A stretch of DNA of 64,000 nt from Leptonemataceae bacterium (GTDB lineage: Bacteria > Spirochaetota > Leptospiria > Leptospirales > Leptonemataceae). The position numbers were made by a program, and so were the translations under genes. Below the pieces are notes generated by a model, which saw only the letters and a program-made list of their open reading frames with translations, did not search any database and had not been told where the DNA came from. Location: contig OZ245742.1 of the NCBI GenBank assembly GCA_965227295.1, positions 4,384,001-4,448,000 on the forward strand, written 5' to 3'. Positions 1-9,680 of this stretch are shown one piece after another (the first letter of the stretch is position 1; the number at the start of each line of letters is the position of its first letter).

Positions 1-1263
1 CAACACCGAGGCCATGGCGATGCCGCTCTGATAGAGCGAGTGCACGACGACCAGGTTGACGCAGAGATTCACCACGGCGACCACGACCATCAACCGCAGC
101 GGCGTGGCCGTGTCCTGGTGCGCAAAAAACGCCGACGTTAACACCCGATTCAGCGAAAAAAACGGAACGCCCCAGCAATAAAACAACAACGCCTGTAACG
201 TAACATCAGTGGAACGTAAGTCCCAGTTGCCGCCGAAGTAGATGAGGTTGATGATGTGCTCGCCCAGGACGAAGAGTCCCAGCCCCGCCGGTACCGTAAC
301 GAACAACGCGAAGCCCAATGCCCCTTCCAGTTCCCGACTGTGCTCGTCCCGCCGCCCCGGATCACGCAGTCCGCGCGCCAACGCCGGCAGGATCGCCGTC
401 GACAACGCCACGCCGATGACTCCGGTGGGCAGTTGGATCAAACGCTGGGCAAAGCGCAACGCGGGGATCGCCTCCTGATCGTCCGGAATAAAATAACTCG
501 CGAGCACAATGTCCGTGAGTTGATTCAACTGAAAGATGCCCGCGCCCAACACGGCCGGGGCCATCAGCAGAAAAATTTTCTTTAACGCTGGATCACTGAA
601 TGTTAGCCGGAGCTTCGGCGTCCAGCCGTTCGCCAGGTTGTAGCCGACCTGGACGGCCAACTGCGTAAAACCGCCGACGACAACGATGATCGCGAGCAGG
701 CGCGCGTTGTCCGCGGGGGCGTGGGCCTGTAAATCCAGCACGAAGAAGAAGCCGCACAGAAAAATCAAGTTCAGCACGATGGGCGACATGGCCGGCACCG
801 AGAAGTGACTGTGGGTATTCGCCATGCCGGCGAAGATCGCGGTGAGTGACGCCGTCATGATGAACACGAACATCACACTGGCGAGGTCCACGAGCAGCTC
901 GCCCTCCTCCCCGCTGACGTCGGCAACATACGGCAGCACGTACGGAAAAGCGGCGGTCGCGGCGAGCACGAGCAGCAACAAAAAGAAAAACAGAAACGTG
1001 AGGATCACCCCGGCGACCCGGCGCGCTTCTTCTTCGGAGCGATCCAGGGCTTCGCTGTACACCGGGATGAACGATTGCGCCAGAATACCGTCCGCCAGCA
1101 GATTGCGCAGCATGTTCGGCAGGAGATAGGCGATTTCCCAGGCGGCGGCCACGGCGCCGGTGCCGAAAAACACGGCCTGAAAGTGATCCCGGACGACACC
1201 GAGCAATCGGGACGCGATGGTGAACGCGGAGAGTTTGAGGGAATTCCGGGCGGCGCTGCTCAC
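1..1263 (-). CDS. murJ: Lipid II flippase MurJ/MviN (3' end runs off the window)
   Basis: Manual translation from GTG at 1263 (overlapping the upstream TGA): MSSAARNSLKLSAFTIASRLLGVVRD...AWEIAYLLPNMLRNLLADG..QSFIPVY, the typical MurJ N-terminus, followed by many TM segments. Missing from the ORF track because it has no stop codon in the window. Confidence 0.92.
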   Translation of the reverse strand, partial: MSSAARNSLKLSAFTIASRLLGVVRDHFQAVFFGTGAVAAAWEIAYLLPNMLRNLLADGILAQSFIPVYSEALDRSEEEARRVAGVILTFLFFFLLLLVLAATAAFPYVLPYVADVSGEEGELLVDLASVMFVFIMTASLTAIFAGMANTHSHFSVPAMSPIVLNLIFLCGFFFVLDLQAHAPADNARLLAIIVVVGGFTQLAVQVGYNLANGWTPKLRLTFSDPALKKIFLLMAPAVLGAGIFQLNQLTDIVLASYFIPDDQEAIPALRFAQRLIQLPTGVIGVALSTAILPALARGLRDPGRRDEHSRELEGALGFALFVTVPAGLGLFVLGEHIINLIYFGGNWDLRSTDVTLQALLFYCWGVPFFSLNRVLTSAFFAHQDTATPLRLMVVVAVVNLCVNLVVVHSLYQSGIAMASVL

Positions 1264-2276
1264 AGTTTCTCGTAAAACGAGATTCCGCCGTCACGTTTGA
1301 CGTCAAACTCAATCCCGCAGCCCGGGCACATGTGCATGCCGGTTCGATAGACCCGCAAAATGAGTTCGCACTGTTCGCACGTTACGATGCGCGGTTCGGA
1401 AAAACCGTGGCCGCCTTCGCCTTCTCGCCTGGCTTCCGACATAGTATCCGCCTCGCCCGTAAATTCACCGGGATCCGCATCGCCGGCGTACTCGTCGAAT
1501 TCAAGACCGTGTCCCCTTTTGCCGGAGGCCGGCTCCTCGTCCAGGTCCGGCAACGCGGCTTCCCTTTGCGGCTCCGGTTCCGGTTCCGGGGCCGATCTGC
1601 GCTCCGGTTCCACCCGGCGTTCCGGTTCCCTTCGCGGCGCTTCGTGCTTCGTTTCCGGTTGCGGAGAAGCGATGGGCGAACGTTCCGCCGGCGAGGGCTC
1701 CCCCCGCGGACGTTCGCGACGGAGCTCCGGCTTGCGTTCCGGAATCAAGCGCGAACGGGGCTGCGTCTCGTCGTCGACAACCGTGGCCGTAACCTCCGGA
1801 TCGCGATCACGATCTTCCGGAAAACTTTCGCGACGGGTCGGCATCTTCTCTTTGCGATGCGGATGGATGCGCGTGCGTAACACTCGCTCGCGTTCGATTT
1901 CCAGGGAGTAGTCCGTTTGCGAAATGGCCTGCTTGAGATGCTCCTGCGCGCTCGTCCGATCGGCGAAGGCCGGCAGAATATCGGAGAGGCCGAAGAACTC
2001 TAAGAGCATGCTGATCTCATCCGAGGGCTGCACGAGGACCGCGCCGCCGCCCATGCCCTTCAGCCGGCGCGTGAATCGAATCAACGAACCGATGCCCGCG
2101 CTGGAGACGTACTCCAGGTGCACGGCCTGTAGAATAAAAAAACGATTTCCGGAACGAATGAGTTCGTCGAAGAACTCGTCAAATTCGCGCGCGCTGAGCG
2201 CATCGATGCGCCCGCGCAGATTGATCACCAGGATCCGCGCCTCGAAGGTACGATCTGTAGCTATATCGAGCACCAC
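1260..2276 (-). CDS. STAS (anti-sigma-factor antagonist) protein with a long Pro/Glu/Arg-rich linker and C-terminal zinc ribbon
   Basis: N-terminal LRGRIDA...LEYVSSAGIGSL STAS motif; C-terminal CEQC...CPGC. Confidence 0.8.
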   Translation of the reverse strand: MVLDIATDRTFEARILVINLRGRIDALSAREFDEFFDELIRSGNRFFILQAVHLEYVSSAGIGSLIRFTRRLKGMGGGAVLVQPSDEISMLLEFFGLSDILPAFADRTSAQEHLKQAISQTDYSLEIERERVLRTRIHPHRKEKMPTRRESFPEDRDRDPEVTATVVDDETQPRSRLIPERKPELRRERPRGEPSPAERSPIASPQPETKHEAPRREPERRVEPERRSAPEPEPEPQREAALPDLDEEPASGKRGHGLEFDEYAGDADPGEFTGEADTMSEARREGEGGHGFSEPRIVTCEQCELILRVYRTGMHMCPGCGIEFDVKRDGGISFYEKL

Positions 2277-2312
2277 GTTTTATCATCGGGAAGATCGGCC
2301 GAAGCCGGAAGA

Positions 2313-3518
2313 TTATTTCATCTTGCTGCGGGACATGCGATCCAGGGGGATCGCGTCCATGATGCGCTCCGCCGAACGATACGAACGCGCCGTAGCATGA
2401 TCGCTGTCACCGGCGTACGGCGATGCATCGTACTCCGTCTGCCCGCGGTCATCGATGAAGCCGTCGTCACGGTGCGCCGCCACCACCGGCGGCTCTTCTT
2501 CGAGAAAGAGATCGTCCGCGCTTTCTTCGTAGACGACGTCTTCCGATTGCGCGTGCGACGCGTGCGCGGCGAATTCTTCGCCGGGCCCTTCATCGAAAAT
2601 GGGATCCATCTCCGGCTCCGGAAGTACCGCGGCGCGGCCTCCGGAAGCTCGCGACGGACGACGTGCCGTCTGCACGGGTTCGTGTTTCGGCGCCAGGATG
2701 CCCTCGTCGCCCTCGTCCTCTTCGTCAAGCACGGCCCGGCGGGCGGCGGGCGGCGAGCGGCGACGCTGCACTTCCCCGGTATCGCGGAACGTAAGGTTCA
2801 TGAGAAAGAACATTATGAATGCGATGAAGAAAACGAAACCGGCCACCATCATGAGCGTGTTCACACTGTAATGACGCAGCGCGGTGACGTACTCGTTCAT
2901 GGTGTTCACGGTGACGAACATATGAACGGCTCCCGCCGGAAGTTCCTGGTCCACCGGAAACACGGCCGCGCCGACATGGTACTCCGTCGTCACCTTCGCG
3001 GGAAAGGTCTTCTTGAGCATGGCGCCCAGTTCTTCAGAGAGGCTCCCGACGGCGTGAAAGAGCGGGATGGGTTCGATGTCTTTTTCCTTCAGCACGCGAA
3101 TGCGCGCGGGGGAGCGCTTCGACAGCGATAAGATACGCTCGAAATCTTCGCCGCCGTACGGATTCTGCGCTTCGTCCGCCAGCAGTGCGACGTTGCTGTG
3201 CGCGATGAGCCGGCCCTCGATGTCCGTCATGAAGATCTCGTTGACGACGAAGTCTTCGAAGCGCGACTCCGAAACCTCGACCACGCGGCCCATCACCGAC
3301 GAGAGTTTCACCGAGGCCTCGCCCTCAAAGCGTTCACCGGCCAACTGCGCAATCGCCAGTCCGACCTCCATGCCCCGGGAGCGCGCCAGATCTTTGGCCT
3401 CTTTGAGACCTATGCTGCCCACCGTGAAGAAGACGTAACCGGTGGACGTCAGCAGGGCCGCCGTCACCAGGATCGCCAGGATCATACTGTTTAAAAAACT
3501 GCGTGCGATTACGTTCAT
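2313..3518 (-). CDS. Membrane protein: two TM helices flanking a Cache-like periplasmic domain, with an acidic low-complexity tail
   Basis: ATG at 3518 (MNVIARSF); IFMTDIEGRLIAHS is a Cache-like motif; the tail is D/E-rich. Confidence 0.6.
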   Translation of the reverse strand: MNVIARSFLNSMILAILVTAALLTSTGYVFFTVGSIGLKEAKDLARSRGMEVGLAIAQLAGERFEGEASVKLSSVMGRVVEVSESRFEDFVVNEIFMTDIEGRLIAHSNVALLADEAQNPYGGEDFERILSLSKRSPARIRVLKEKDIEPIPLFHAVGSLSEELGAMLKKTFPAKVTTEYHVGAAVFPVDQELPAGAVHMFVTVNTMNEYVTALRHYSVNTLMMVAGFVFFIAFIMFFLMNLTFRDTGEVQRRRSPPAARRAVLDEEDEGDEGILAPKHEPVQTARRPSRASGGRAAVLPEPEMDPIFDEGPGEEFAAHASHAQSEDVVYEESADDLFLEEEPPVVAAHRDDGFIDDRGQTEYDASPYAGDSDHATARSYRSAERIMDAIPLDRMSRSKMK

Positions 3519-3690
3519 AGAACTCTCACAATCATGCTTACCGGCACTGTAGTTTATTGTCGGCCGCCGGAGGGAGCATCTGCACAAAGATTGTCCGGGA
3601 AAAGGCAGGATTCACGCCTTAGAATTGGTTGTCAGCAGAGTTCAAAGGAGAGACAAGCCAAATGACTCAAAAAAGTCCGGAATTTTGCAG

Positions 3691-4647
3691 ATGTACAGCC
3701 GCCAGGAAAGATTTCGAAGCTGGATCCCGCACGGGTTTGACTATCTTACGCCCGCCGGAACCGAAAAACAGCTTCTATTAAAAGATCGCGTGCGCAAGCA
3801 GTTCCGCGCCGCCGGTTACGCCGAAATCACTCCGCCGGCCATCGACTTCGCGCCCACCTTTTCCCTGACGGCACGCAGCGACAGCCCCTCCCCGGTTTTT
3901 TCCATGCGCGCCGGCGAAGGCGAACTTTTGGCCGTGCGGTCCGATCTTACCGTACAGGTCATCAAGGCCGTGGCCAATCGCCGTCTGGGCGAAGGTTTCC
4001 CGGTTCGTTTTTCGTACATCCAGCCGGTCTTCCAGGACCGCCCCTGGGGCTCCGGTCACAAGCGGGAGTTCCTCCAGGCCGGCGTCGAGTTGATCGGCGA
4101 GCACGGGGACAACCGCGTGGGCGAACTCCTGGACCTGGCGCGGCGCTGCCTGGAATTCTGTAAGGAGAAACCGCGCATTCTCTACGGCGACGCACGCTTC
4201 GTGGGCCGCCTGCTGGAGCTGGCGCCGGAAGCCAGTCGATCGGAATTGTCCCTGGCGTTTTACAACAAAGACAGCGCGAACATCGCCGCCATCTGCAAGG
4301 CCCGCGGCGTCGACGCGGAGGTCGCCCGCATTGCCGCCGAGGTTCCGCTGACCTTCGGCGGCCCCGAGGCCATGGAGCGCCTGCTGGACATCTGTCGCCA
4401 TCGCCCGCGCCTGCTCGAGATTCTGGAAGAAGGCCGCCGGCACGCCGACGTCATCTACGACTTCAGCCTGGTTCGCGAGCTTTCGTACTACACCGGCCCG
4501 GTCTTCGAGGCCTATCTCCCCGGCTCAGGCGAACAGATCTTCACCGGCGGCGTGTACGACGACCTCTACGCCGAGTTCGGCGGCGAGCACCGAACCGCCT
4601 GCGGCTTTGCGCTGAACCTGTCGATTCTGGTCGACAATGATTTATGA
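3691..4647 (+). CDS. hisZ: ATP phosphoribosyltransferase regulatory subunit HisZ
   Basis: IPHGFDY, LAVRSDLT, REFLQAGVELIG, YYTGPVF, GGVYDDL, GFAL motifs; HisRS-like without an anticodon domain; adjacent to purA. Confidence 0.88.
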   Translation: MYSRQERFRSWIPHGFDYLTPAGTEKQLLLKDRVRKQFRAAGYAEITPPAIDFAPTFSLTARSDSPSPVFSMRAGEGELLAVRSDLTVQVIKAVANRRLGEGFPVRFSYIQPVFQDRPWGSGHKREFLQAGVELIGEHGDNRVGELLDLARRCLEFCKEKPRILYGDARFVGRLLELAPEASRSELSLAFYNKDSANIAAICKARGVDAEVARIAAEVPLTFGGPEAMERLLDICRHRPRLLEILEEGRRHADVIYDFSLVRELSYYTGPVFEAYLPGSGEQIFTGGVYDDLYAEFGGEHRTACGFALNLSILVDNDL

Positions 4648-4697
4648 AACTCTGACGGGGGCCGCTGCCGCCGCTAACTGCTGCACAGGATATACTT

Positions 4698-5972
4698 ATG
4701 ACCGCAAAACTCGTTGTCGGAACTCAGTGGGGCGATGAAGGCAAAGCCAAATTCATCGACTACCTCTCCAGTAAGATCGACTACATCGTACGTTACCAGG
4801 GCGGAGCGAACGCCGGCCACACGGTAGAGGTCGGCGGCGAGAAGTACGTCTTTCATCTGATCCCGAGCGGCATCCTGTATCCGGAGACCACCTGCGTCAT
4901 CGCCAACGGCGTCGTCCTGGATCCGGTGGAATTTCTGAAAGAGGCCGAGTACCTGAACGAACGCGGCATCGACGTTCTTTCGCGCACGCTGCTCTCGGAC
5001 GCCTGTCACATCGTACTGCCCCTGCATCGCGTCATCGACGGCGCCCGGGAAGAACGCGCCGGGGCCAATCAAATCGGCACGACCAAGCGCGGCATCGGCG
5101 TGTGTTACGGCGACAAGGTCATGCGCATCGGTCTGCGCATGGGCGACCTGCTGGACGAGAAACGCCTGGAAAACCGGCTGCGACACCTCCTCGACATTAA
5201 GAACCCCGTGTTGAAAGACATCTACGGCAAGGACCAGGTGGAGATGCAGCCCATCTTCGACGAACTGGCGGCATTCGGCGACAGGGTGCGCGGCAGCGTC
5301 GTGAACACTTCGGTGGAACTGAATAAGGCCTTAGCTTCCGGTAAATCGGTGTTACTGGAAGGCGCCCAGGGCACCGGCCTCGACATCGACTTCGGCACGT
5401 ATCCCTACGTCACGTCCTCGAACCCGACGACCGGCGGGGCCCTCGCCGGCAGCGGCATTTCGTTTCAGTACTTAAAAGAAGCCATCGGCATCTGCAAGGC
5501 CTACATCTCGCGCGTGGGCGAAGGTCCCTTCCCCACGGAACTGTTCGGCGACGAGGGCGAACGGCTGCGCAAGCTCGGCAACGAATTCGGCGCCACCACC
5601 GGCCGGCCCCGGCGTTGCGGCTGGTTCGACACGGAGTTGATTCGTCACGCGGTGCGCGTGAACGGCCTCACCGGCATCGCGCTGACGAAGATCGACATCC
5701 TGGCGGACTACGACGAGATTCCGGTGGGCCTTGCCTACCATCGCAACGGCGAAAAACTCGCGGCCTTCCCGACGGACGGCAACTTCGACGGCATCGAGGT
5801 GGAGTACGAAACGCATCCGGGCTGGAAATCGGACATCAGCAAGGCCCGCAGCCTCGGCGATCTGCCGAAAAACTGCCGCGCCTACATCGACCGCCTGCAG
5901 GAACTCAGCGGCGTGCCGATTCAGTTCATCTCGGTGGGCCCGGGAAGAGAAGATACGATCGTGGTGGAGTGA
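4698..5972 (+). CDS. purA: Adenylosuccinate synthetase
   Basis: GTQWGDEGK, QGGANAGHT, EGAQG, GTYPYVTSS, TTGRPRRCGW. Confidence 0.98.
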   Translation: MTAKLVVGTQWGDEGKAKFIDYLSSKIDYIVRYQGGANAGHTVEVGGEKYVFHLIPSGILYPETTCVIANGVVLDPVEFLKEAEYLNERGIDVLSRTLLSDACHIVLPLHRVIDGAREERAGANQIGTTKRGIGVCYGDKVMRIGLRMGDLLDEKRLENRLRHLLDIKNPVLKDIYGKDQVEMQPIFDELAAFGDRVRGSVVNTSVELNKALASGKSVLLEGAQGTGLDIDFGTYPYVTSSNPTTGGALAGSGISFQYLKEAIGICKAYISRVGEGPFPTELFGDEGERLRKLGNEFGATTGRPRRCGWFDTELIRHAVRVNGLTGIALTKIDILADYDEIPVGLAYHRNGEKLAAFPTDGNFDGIEVEYETHPGWKSDISKARSLGDLPKNCRAYIDRLQELSGVPIQFISVGPGREDTIVVE

Positions 5973-6056
5973 GCCCGGCCGATTCCGGCGCGGAAGAGAA
6001 CGCCCGAACTAAATTCTACCTGACCGTAAGTTAGTCTCACGAACGTCACCGGAATT

Positions 6057-7343
6057 TCATCCGAACGGATAAAACAACAACGCCACCCCGCCCAGAAAGA
6101 CCGCGCCGAAGTACGGCAGCATGTAGAGGCCGAGTTTCTTGCCGCCGATCGTAAACACGATCAACCACTTGAACACCAGGTTCGAAAGCGAAGCCGTTAA
6201 GATCGTACGCGCGGCAGCCCCCGCTTCCACCGCACCGTTCTGCACCAGGCGCGACGTCGATAGCGTAATCGCGTCCACGTCGGTGAGCCCGGAGATCACC
6301 GCGACGATGTACATGCCCGCTTCGCCGAAACGATCCTGGGCGAACTCGACGGCCAGCAAGACCACGGCATACAACAGGCCGAATACAAAAGCCGCTTTGA
6401 GCTGAGCGGGGTTGTCCATCTCCGGCAGGCCGTCGCCGTCCTGCGTGCGGGCCGCCCCGCGCATACGCAGATAACCGATCAACGCGACGACGGCCGTGAG
6501 CGCGAGCATCAACACGAGCGGAGGAGCGACCTCCAGCACGCGCCCCGGAGCCACGACACCGATCTCCACCAGGATGCGCCCGTAGACAACGGCGCCGGCG
6601 ATCAACACCACGAAGGTGGTGAGGCGCAGGGCCGCCTGCCCGGCTCCGGGCAAAGCCGCGCGGCGAGAGTAACTTACAGTCGTGGCCGTGCTCGAAATCA
6701 GTCCGCCCAGAATACCGCCGAGAACGGCGCCGGCCTCGGGACCGACGATCTTATACGTAAGATATCCGCCCAGACTGATGCCGACGATGAACACGACCAA
6801 TAACCAGATCTCGAACGGATTCCAGACATCGTACGGACCGTAGTTCGCGTTCGGCAGCACCGGCAGAATGACCAGGGCCAGCACGATGAACTGCATGACC
6901 GCGAGCAGATCCTTCTCGCCGATGCGGGCGACGAAGTCGTGCAACGGCTTCTTGAACTGGAGCAGCACGGCGGTAACCGCGCCGATGGCAATGCCCGTGA
7001 CCACGTCCCCGTCGGCCAGATAGACGCCGAGGCCGTAGACCAATAACATCGCGAACTCCGTGGTCAGTCCCGGCGTCCGGCCCCGGCCCTCGCCGGCCTC
7101 CGCATCCTCGTCGTGGTGGCGGAAGAAACTCAGCCCGCCAAGGAAGCCCGTGACCAGCAACCCCGCAACGGCAATCCAGACACTGTACTTCGCGGCCAGC
7201 ATGCCGCACAGGGTTCCCGACAGGGCGATCAGGGCAAAGGTGCGAATGCCGGCCGGGCCGTCGTGACTGCGCTCGCGCTGCATTCCCACGAGCAAGCCGA
7301 TGCCGAGGGAGATTCCGAGACGGACATAGAGTGAAGCTTCCAT
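6057..7343 (-). CDS. MgtC/SapB-DUF4010 family membrane protein
   Basis: GLLVGMQRE..AGIRTF, GLTTE, GGLISSTATT, SGLTDVDAIT; highly hydrophobic. Confidence 0.85.
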   Translation of the reverse strand: MEASLYVRLGISLGIGLLVGMQRERSHDGPAGIRTFALIALSGTLCGMLAAKYSVWIAVAGLLVTGFLGGLSFFRHHDEDAEAGEGRGRTPGLTTEFAMLLVYGLGVYLADGDVVTGIAIGAVTAVLLQFKKPLHDFVARIGEKDLLAVMQFIVLALVILPVLPNANYGPYDVWNPFEIWLLVVFIVGISLGGYLTYKIVGPEAGAVLGGILGGLISSTATTVSYSRRAALPGAGQAALRLTTFVVLIAGAVVYGRILVEIGVVAPGRVLEVAPPLVLMLALTAVVALIGYLRMRGAARTQDGDGLPEMDNPAQLKAAFVFGLLYAVVLLAVEFAQDRFGEAGMYIVAVISGLTDVDAITLSTSRLVQNGAVEAGAAARTILTASLSNLVFKWLIVFTIGGKKLGLYMLPYFGAVFLGGVALLFYPFG

Positions 7344-7349
7344 ACTTCT

Positions 7350-8624
7350 TTATTCGGCGCGTTCACGAAAGTACTCCCGCGTTTTCACCAGCGCATCTAC
7401 CAGGCGATCCATTTCCTCGTCCGAGAACGTCGCGTTGACCATGATGCGCAGCGACGGTTGCGCCACGAACCAGACCGGCGTCGCCCAGACTCCGTGCTCG
7501 TGAATCATATGCTCCGTGAACTTTTCCGGAAAGACTTCCACCCGCACCGAGATGATGTGACTCGCTCCCGGAAGATCGAAGGCGTTTTCGTTCAGGCGCC
7601 GGCGCAGATAGGCCGTGTTGCGATGCAGCCGTTGCACCAGCTCCGGTTCGCGTTGCAGGATTTCGATGCTCTTCTGAGCCGCCGCGGCCTGGGGCGCTCC
7701 GAGGGAGGCCGTGCCCGAACTTGTGCGCGCCGTGTCGAGAAGATCGATGAGTTCTTTCGAAAAGCTGCTGATCGCCGCGCCGATGGAGCCCGCGAATTTC
7801 GAAAACGTACTCAGGATGACCGGATGCACGCCCTGCTCGTGCACGCTCAGCGGTTCGATGCCGAAGTGATCGTAGACCCCGCCGCCGTGCGGACCAATGG
7901 CCCCGCTGGCGTGGGCTTCGTCCACCAGCAAGACCGTGCCCGGATGTTCCTTGAGCACGTCAATGAGGCCGGGCAGATCGCAGACGGCACCGGACATAGA
8001 GAACACCGAGTCGGTCATGACAACGACATTCGTCCCGGCATCGGCAAATCGTTTGAGCCGGCTGGCGAGACTCTGCATGTCGTTGTGACGATACGCCTTC
8101 ACCTGCACCGAATGTTCCTGATTCGGAAAATACTGACCGGCAATGCCGCCGCGGGTATTGAGCGCCGCCGCCTGCAAACAGGAATGATTCTCCTGATCGA
8201 GCAAAAAGAGCGTCTTGAGTTTCGTGGGATAGCCCGGCAAACGCATGCTCAAATGCGCAAAGGTATCGGTGAAGGCCTGCAATGCCATCCAGGCGTTTAA
8301 GAATAAATGCGTATGCGGGACCTTTTTGAATTCCGAAACGCTGCGCTCCAGTTCGATGTGCGAACTCACGCGGCCGCAGTAGATGCTGCAACTGGAGTTA
8401 CCGGCACCGAAGCGTTCCGTGGCGGCGATGGCGGCGGCTTTAACTTCCGGATGTTGACCGAGGCCGAGCACGTCATTGCTGCAAAAGTTCAAAACGTTCA
8501 GGACGTCTTCGGAACCCGGGGCGCGAACGCTCCAGGTATTGCCCCGTTTCGCGAGGACGTCGTAACGTCGGGGATAAAAACCGAGTTCTTTGCCTTTGTT
8601 GAGGTACGCCGCGATATGTTGCAC
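7350..8624 (-). CDS. PLP-dependent alpha-oxoamine synthase family enzyme (BioF/Kbl/SPT-like), divergent
   Basis: NFCSNDVLGL, YRHND, DSVFSM, VDEAHASG and the PLP-lysine motif STFSK. Confidence 0.8.
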   Translation of the reverse strand: MQHIAAYLNKGKELGFYPRRYDVLAKRGNTWSVRAPGSEDVLNVLNFCSNDVLGLGQHPEVKAAAIAATERFGAGNSSCSIYCGRVSSHIELERSVSEFKKVPHTHLFLNAWMALQAFTDTFAHLSMRLPGYPTKLKTLFLLDQENHSCLQAAALNTRGGIAGQYFPNQEHSVQVKAYRHNDMQSLASRLKRFADAGTNVVVMTDSVFSMSGAVCDLPGLIDVLKEHPGTVLLVDEAHASGAIGPHGGGVYDHFGIEPLSVHEQGVHPVILSTFSKFAGSIGAAISSFSKELIDLLDTARTSSGTASLGAPQAAAAQKSIEILQREPELVQRLHRNTAYLRRRLNENAFDLPGASHIISVRVEVFPEKFTEHMIHEHGVWATPVWFVAQPSLRIMVNATFSDEEMDRLVDALVKTREYFRERAE

Positions 8625-8728
8625 GGCGCAGTTTCAAAAGCACTAAGTAAAGATCAAATTATATTTAGAAAAACTTACAACCGGAATGAACATTGTTTCC
8701 CGAACTTCACTATCACGTAACGGGAACG

Positions 8729-9502
8729 TTAGCGGAGCGCCGCCCATAAGAAGTATTCGACGTTGCCCTTCGCCCCGCGCAACTCCGATGCCAGAACCGC
8801 GCGCACAACGTATCCCAGTTCCCGCGCGTGTTCGACGACCCCGGCGACGATCTCCGTACGCATTGCCGCATCTTCCAGCACGCCGTCCACCGTCGCCTCC
8901 GACGCTTCGAACTGAGGCTTGATCAACAACAGACAGTCCAGGTTAACGACAGATTTTCGAAACTTAACGAGCGCTTCCAGAATCCGGCGAATCGAAATAA
9001 AGGAAAGGTCCCCCGCCACGAACCAGCCGCGCGGATCGGCGAGATCGGCGGTGTCGAACCACTCCGCCGTGATGTTGCGCGCGTTGCGTTTTTCCAGCGG
9101 CACCACGCGTTCGTCCCGGCGGAGGGCGTAGTCGAGGATGCCGTAGGCCACGTCCACGGCGTAGACCCGCCGCGCCCCGCGTTCGAGCAGGACCTGGGTG
9201 AATCCGCCGTGGGACGCCCCGAGGTCCACACACACGCGATCCCGGGGGCCGTGTTCGGAGGCCATGTCGCGCAACTCTTCGGAATCCAGGGCGCCGAGCA
9301 ATTTGTATGCGCCGCGCCCGGCGTACTCGCGACCGGGTGTCACGCTGATCTGTGCGTCTTCCGCCACGGCAACGTTGGCACGCGATTCCACCGCGCCGTT
9401 GACTTTCACCCGACCGGCCAGGATCAACGAGCGCGCGGTGTCGATATCGTATCCGCGGGCCGCGACCAGATCGACCAGGGGACTTTTCTTCAGTGCACTC
9501 AT
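8729..9502 (-). CDS. tlyA: TlyA family rRNA methyltransferase (S4 + FtsJ domains)
   Basis: S4-like N-terminus; GRGAYKL, DLGASHGGFT, DLSFIS, LIKPQFE, GAKGNVEY. Confidence 0.92.
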   Translation of the reverse strand: MSALKKSPLVDLVAARGYDIDTARSLILAGRVKVNGAVESRANVAVAEDAQISVTPGREYAGRGAYKLLGALDSEELRDMASEHGPRDRVCVDLGASHGGFTQVLLERGARRVYAVDVAYGILDYALRRDERVVPLEKRNARNITAEWFDTADLADPRGWFVAGDLSFISIRRILEALVKFRKSVVNLDCLLLIKPQFEASEATVDGVLEDAAMRTEIVAGVVEHARELGYVVRAVLASELRGAKGNVEYFLWAALR

Positions 9503-9517
9503 TTCTGGCTAGCGGCC

Positions 9518-9680
9518 GCGTGACCGAGTCGCGAACCGACGTCCGGGTCGAAGGCTGCATTCTTAACAAAACGAAAATCCACAACTCTTAAGGTGCCGTA
9601 GCCATATAAACCCCTTAAGTGTTTTGCAACTTACGTTATGTTTCTCACGGCCCACACCACGAACCACAATCCCCGGATCA
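9518..9680 (-). repeat. Dispersed partial copy of the ~330-bp repeat at 33407-34139
   Basis: The reverse complement contains TGGCTACGGC...GAGTTGTGGATTTTCGTTTTG.TAAGAA......TTCGACCCGGACG, as in the tandem units. Confidence 0.9.
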
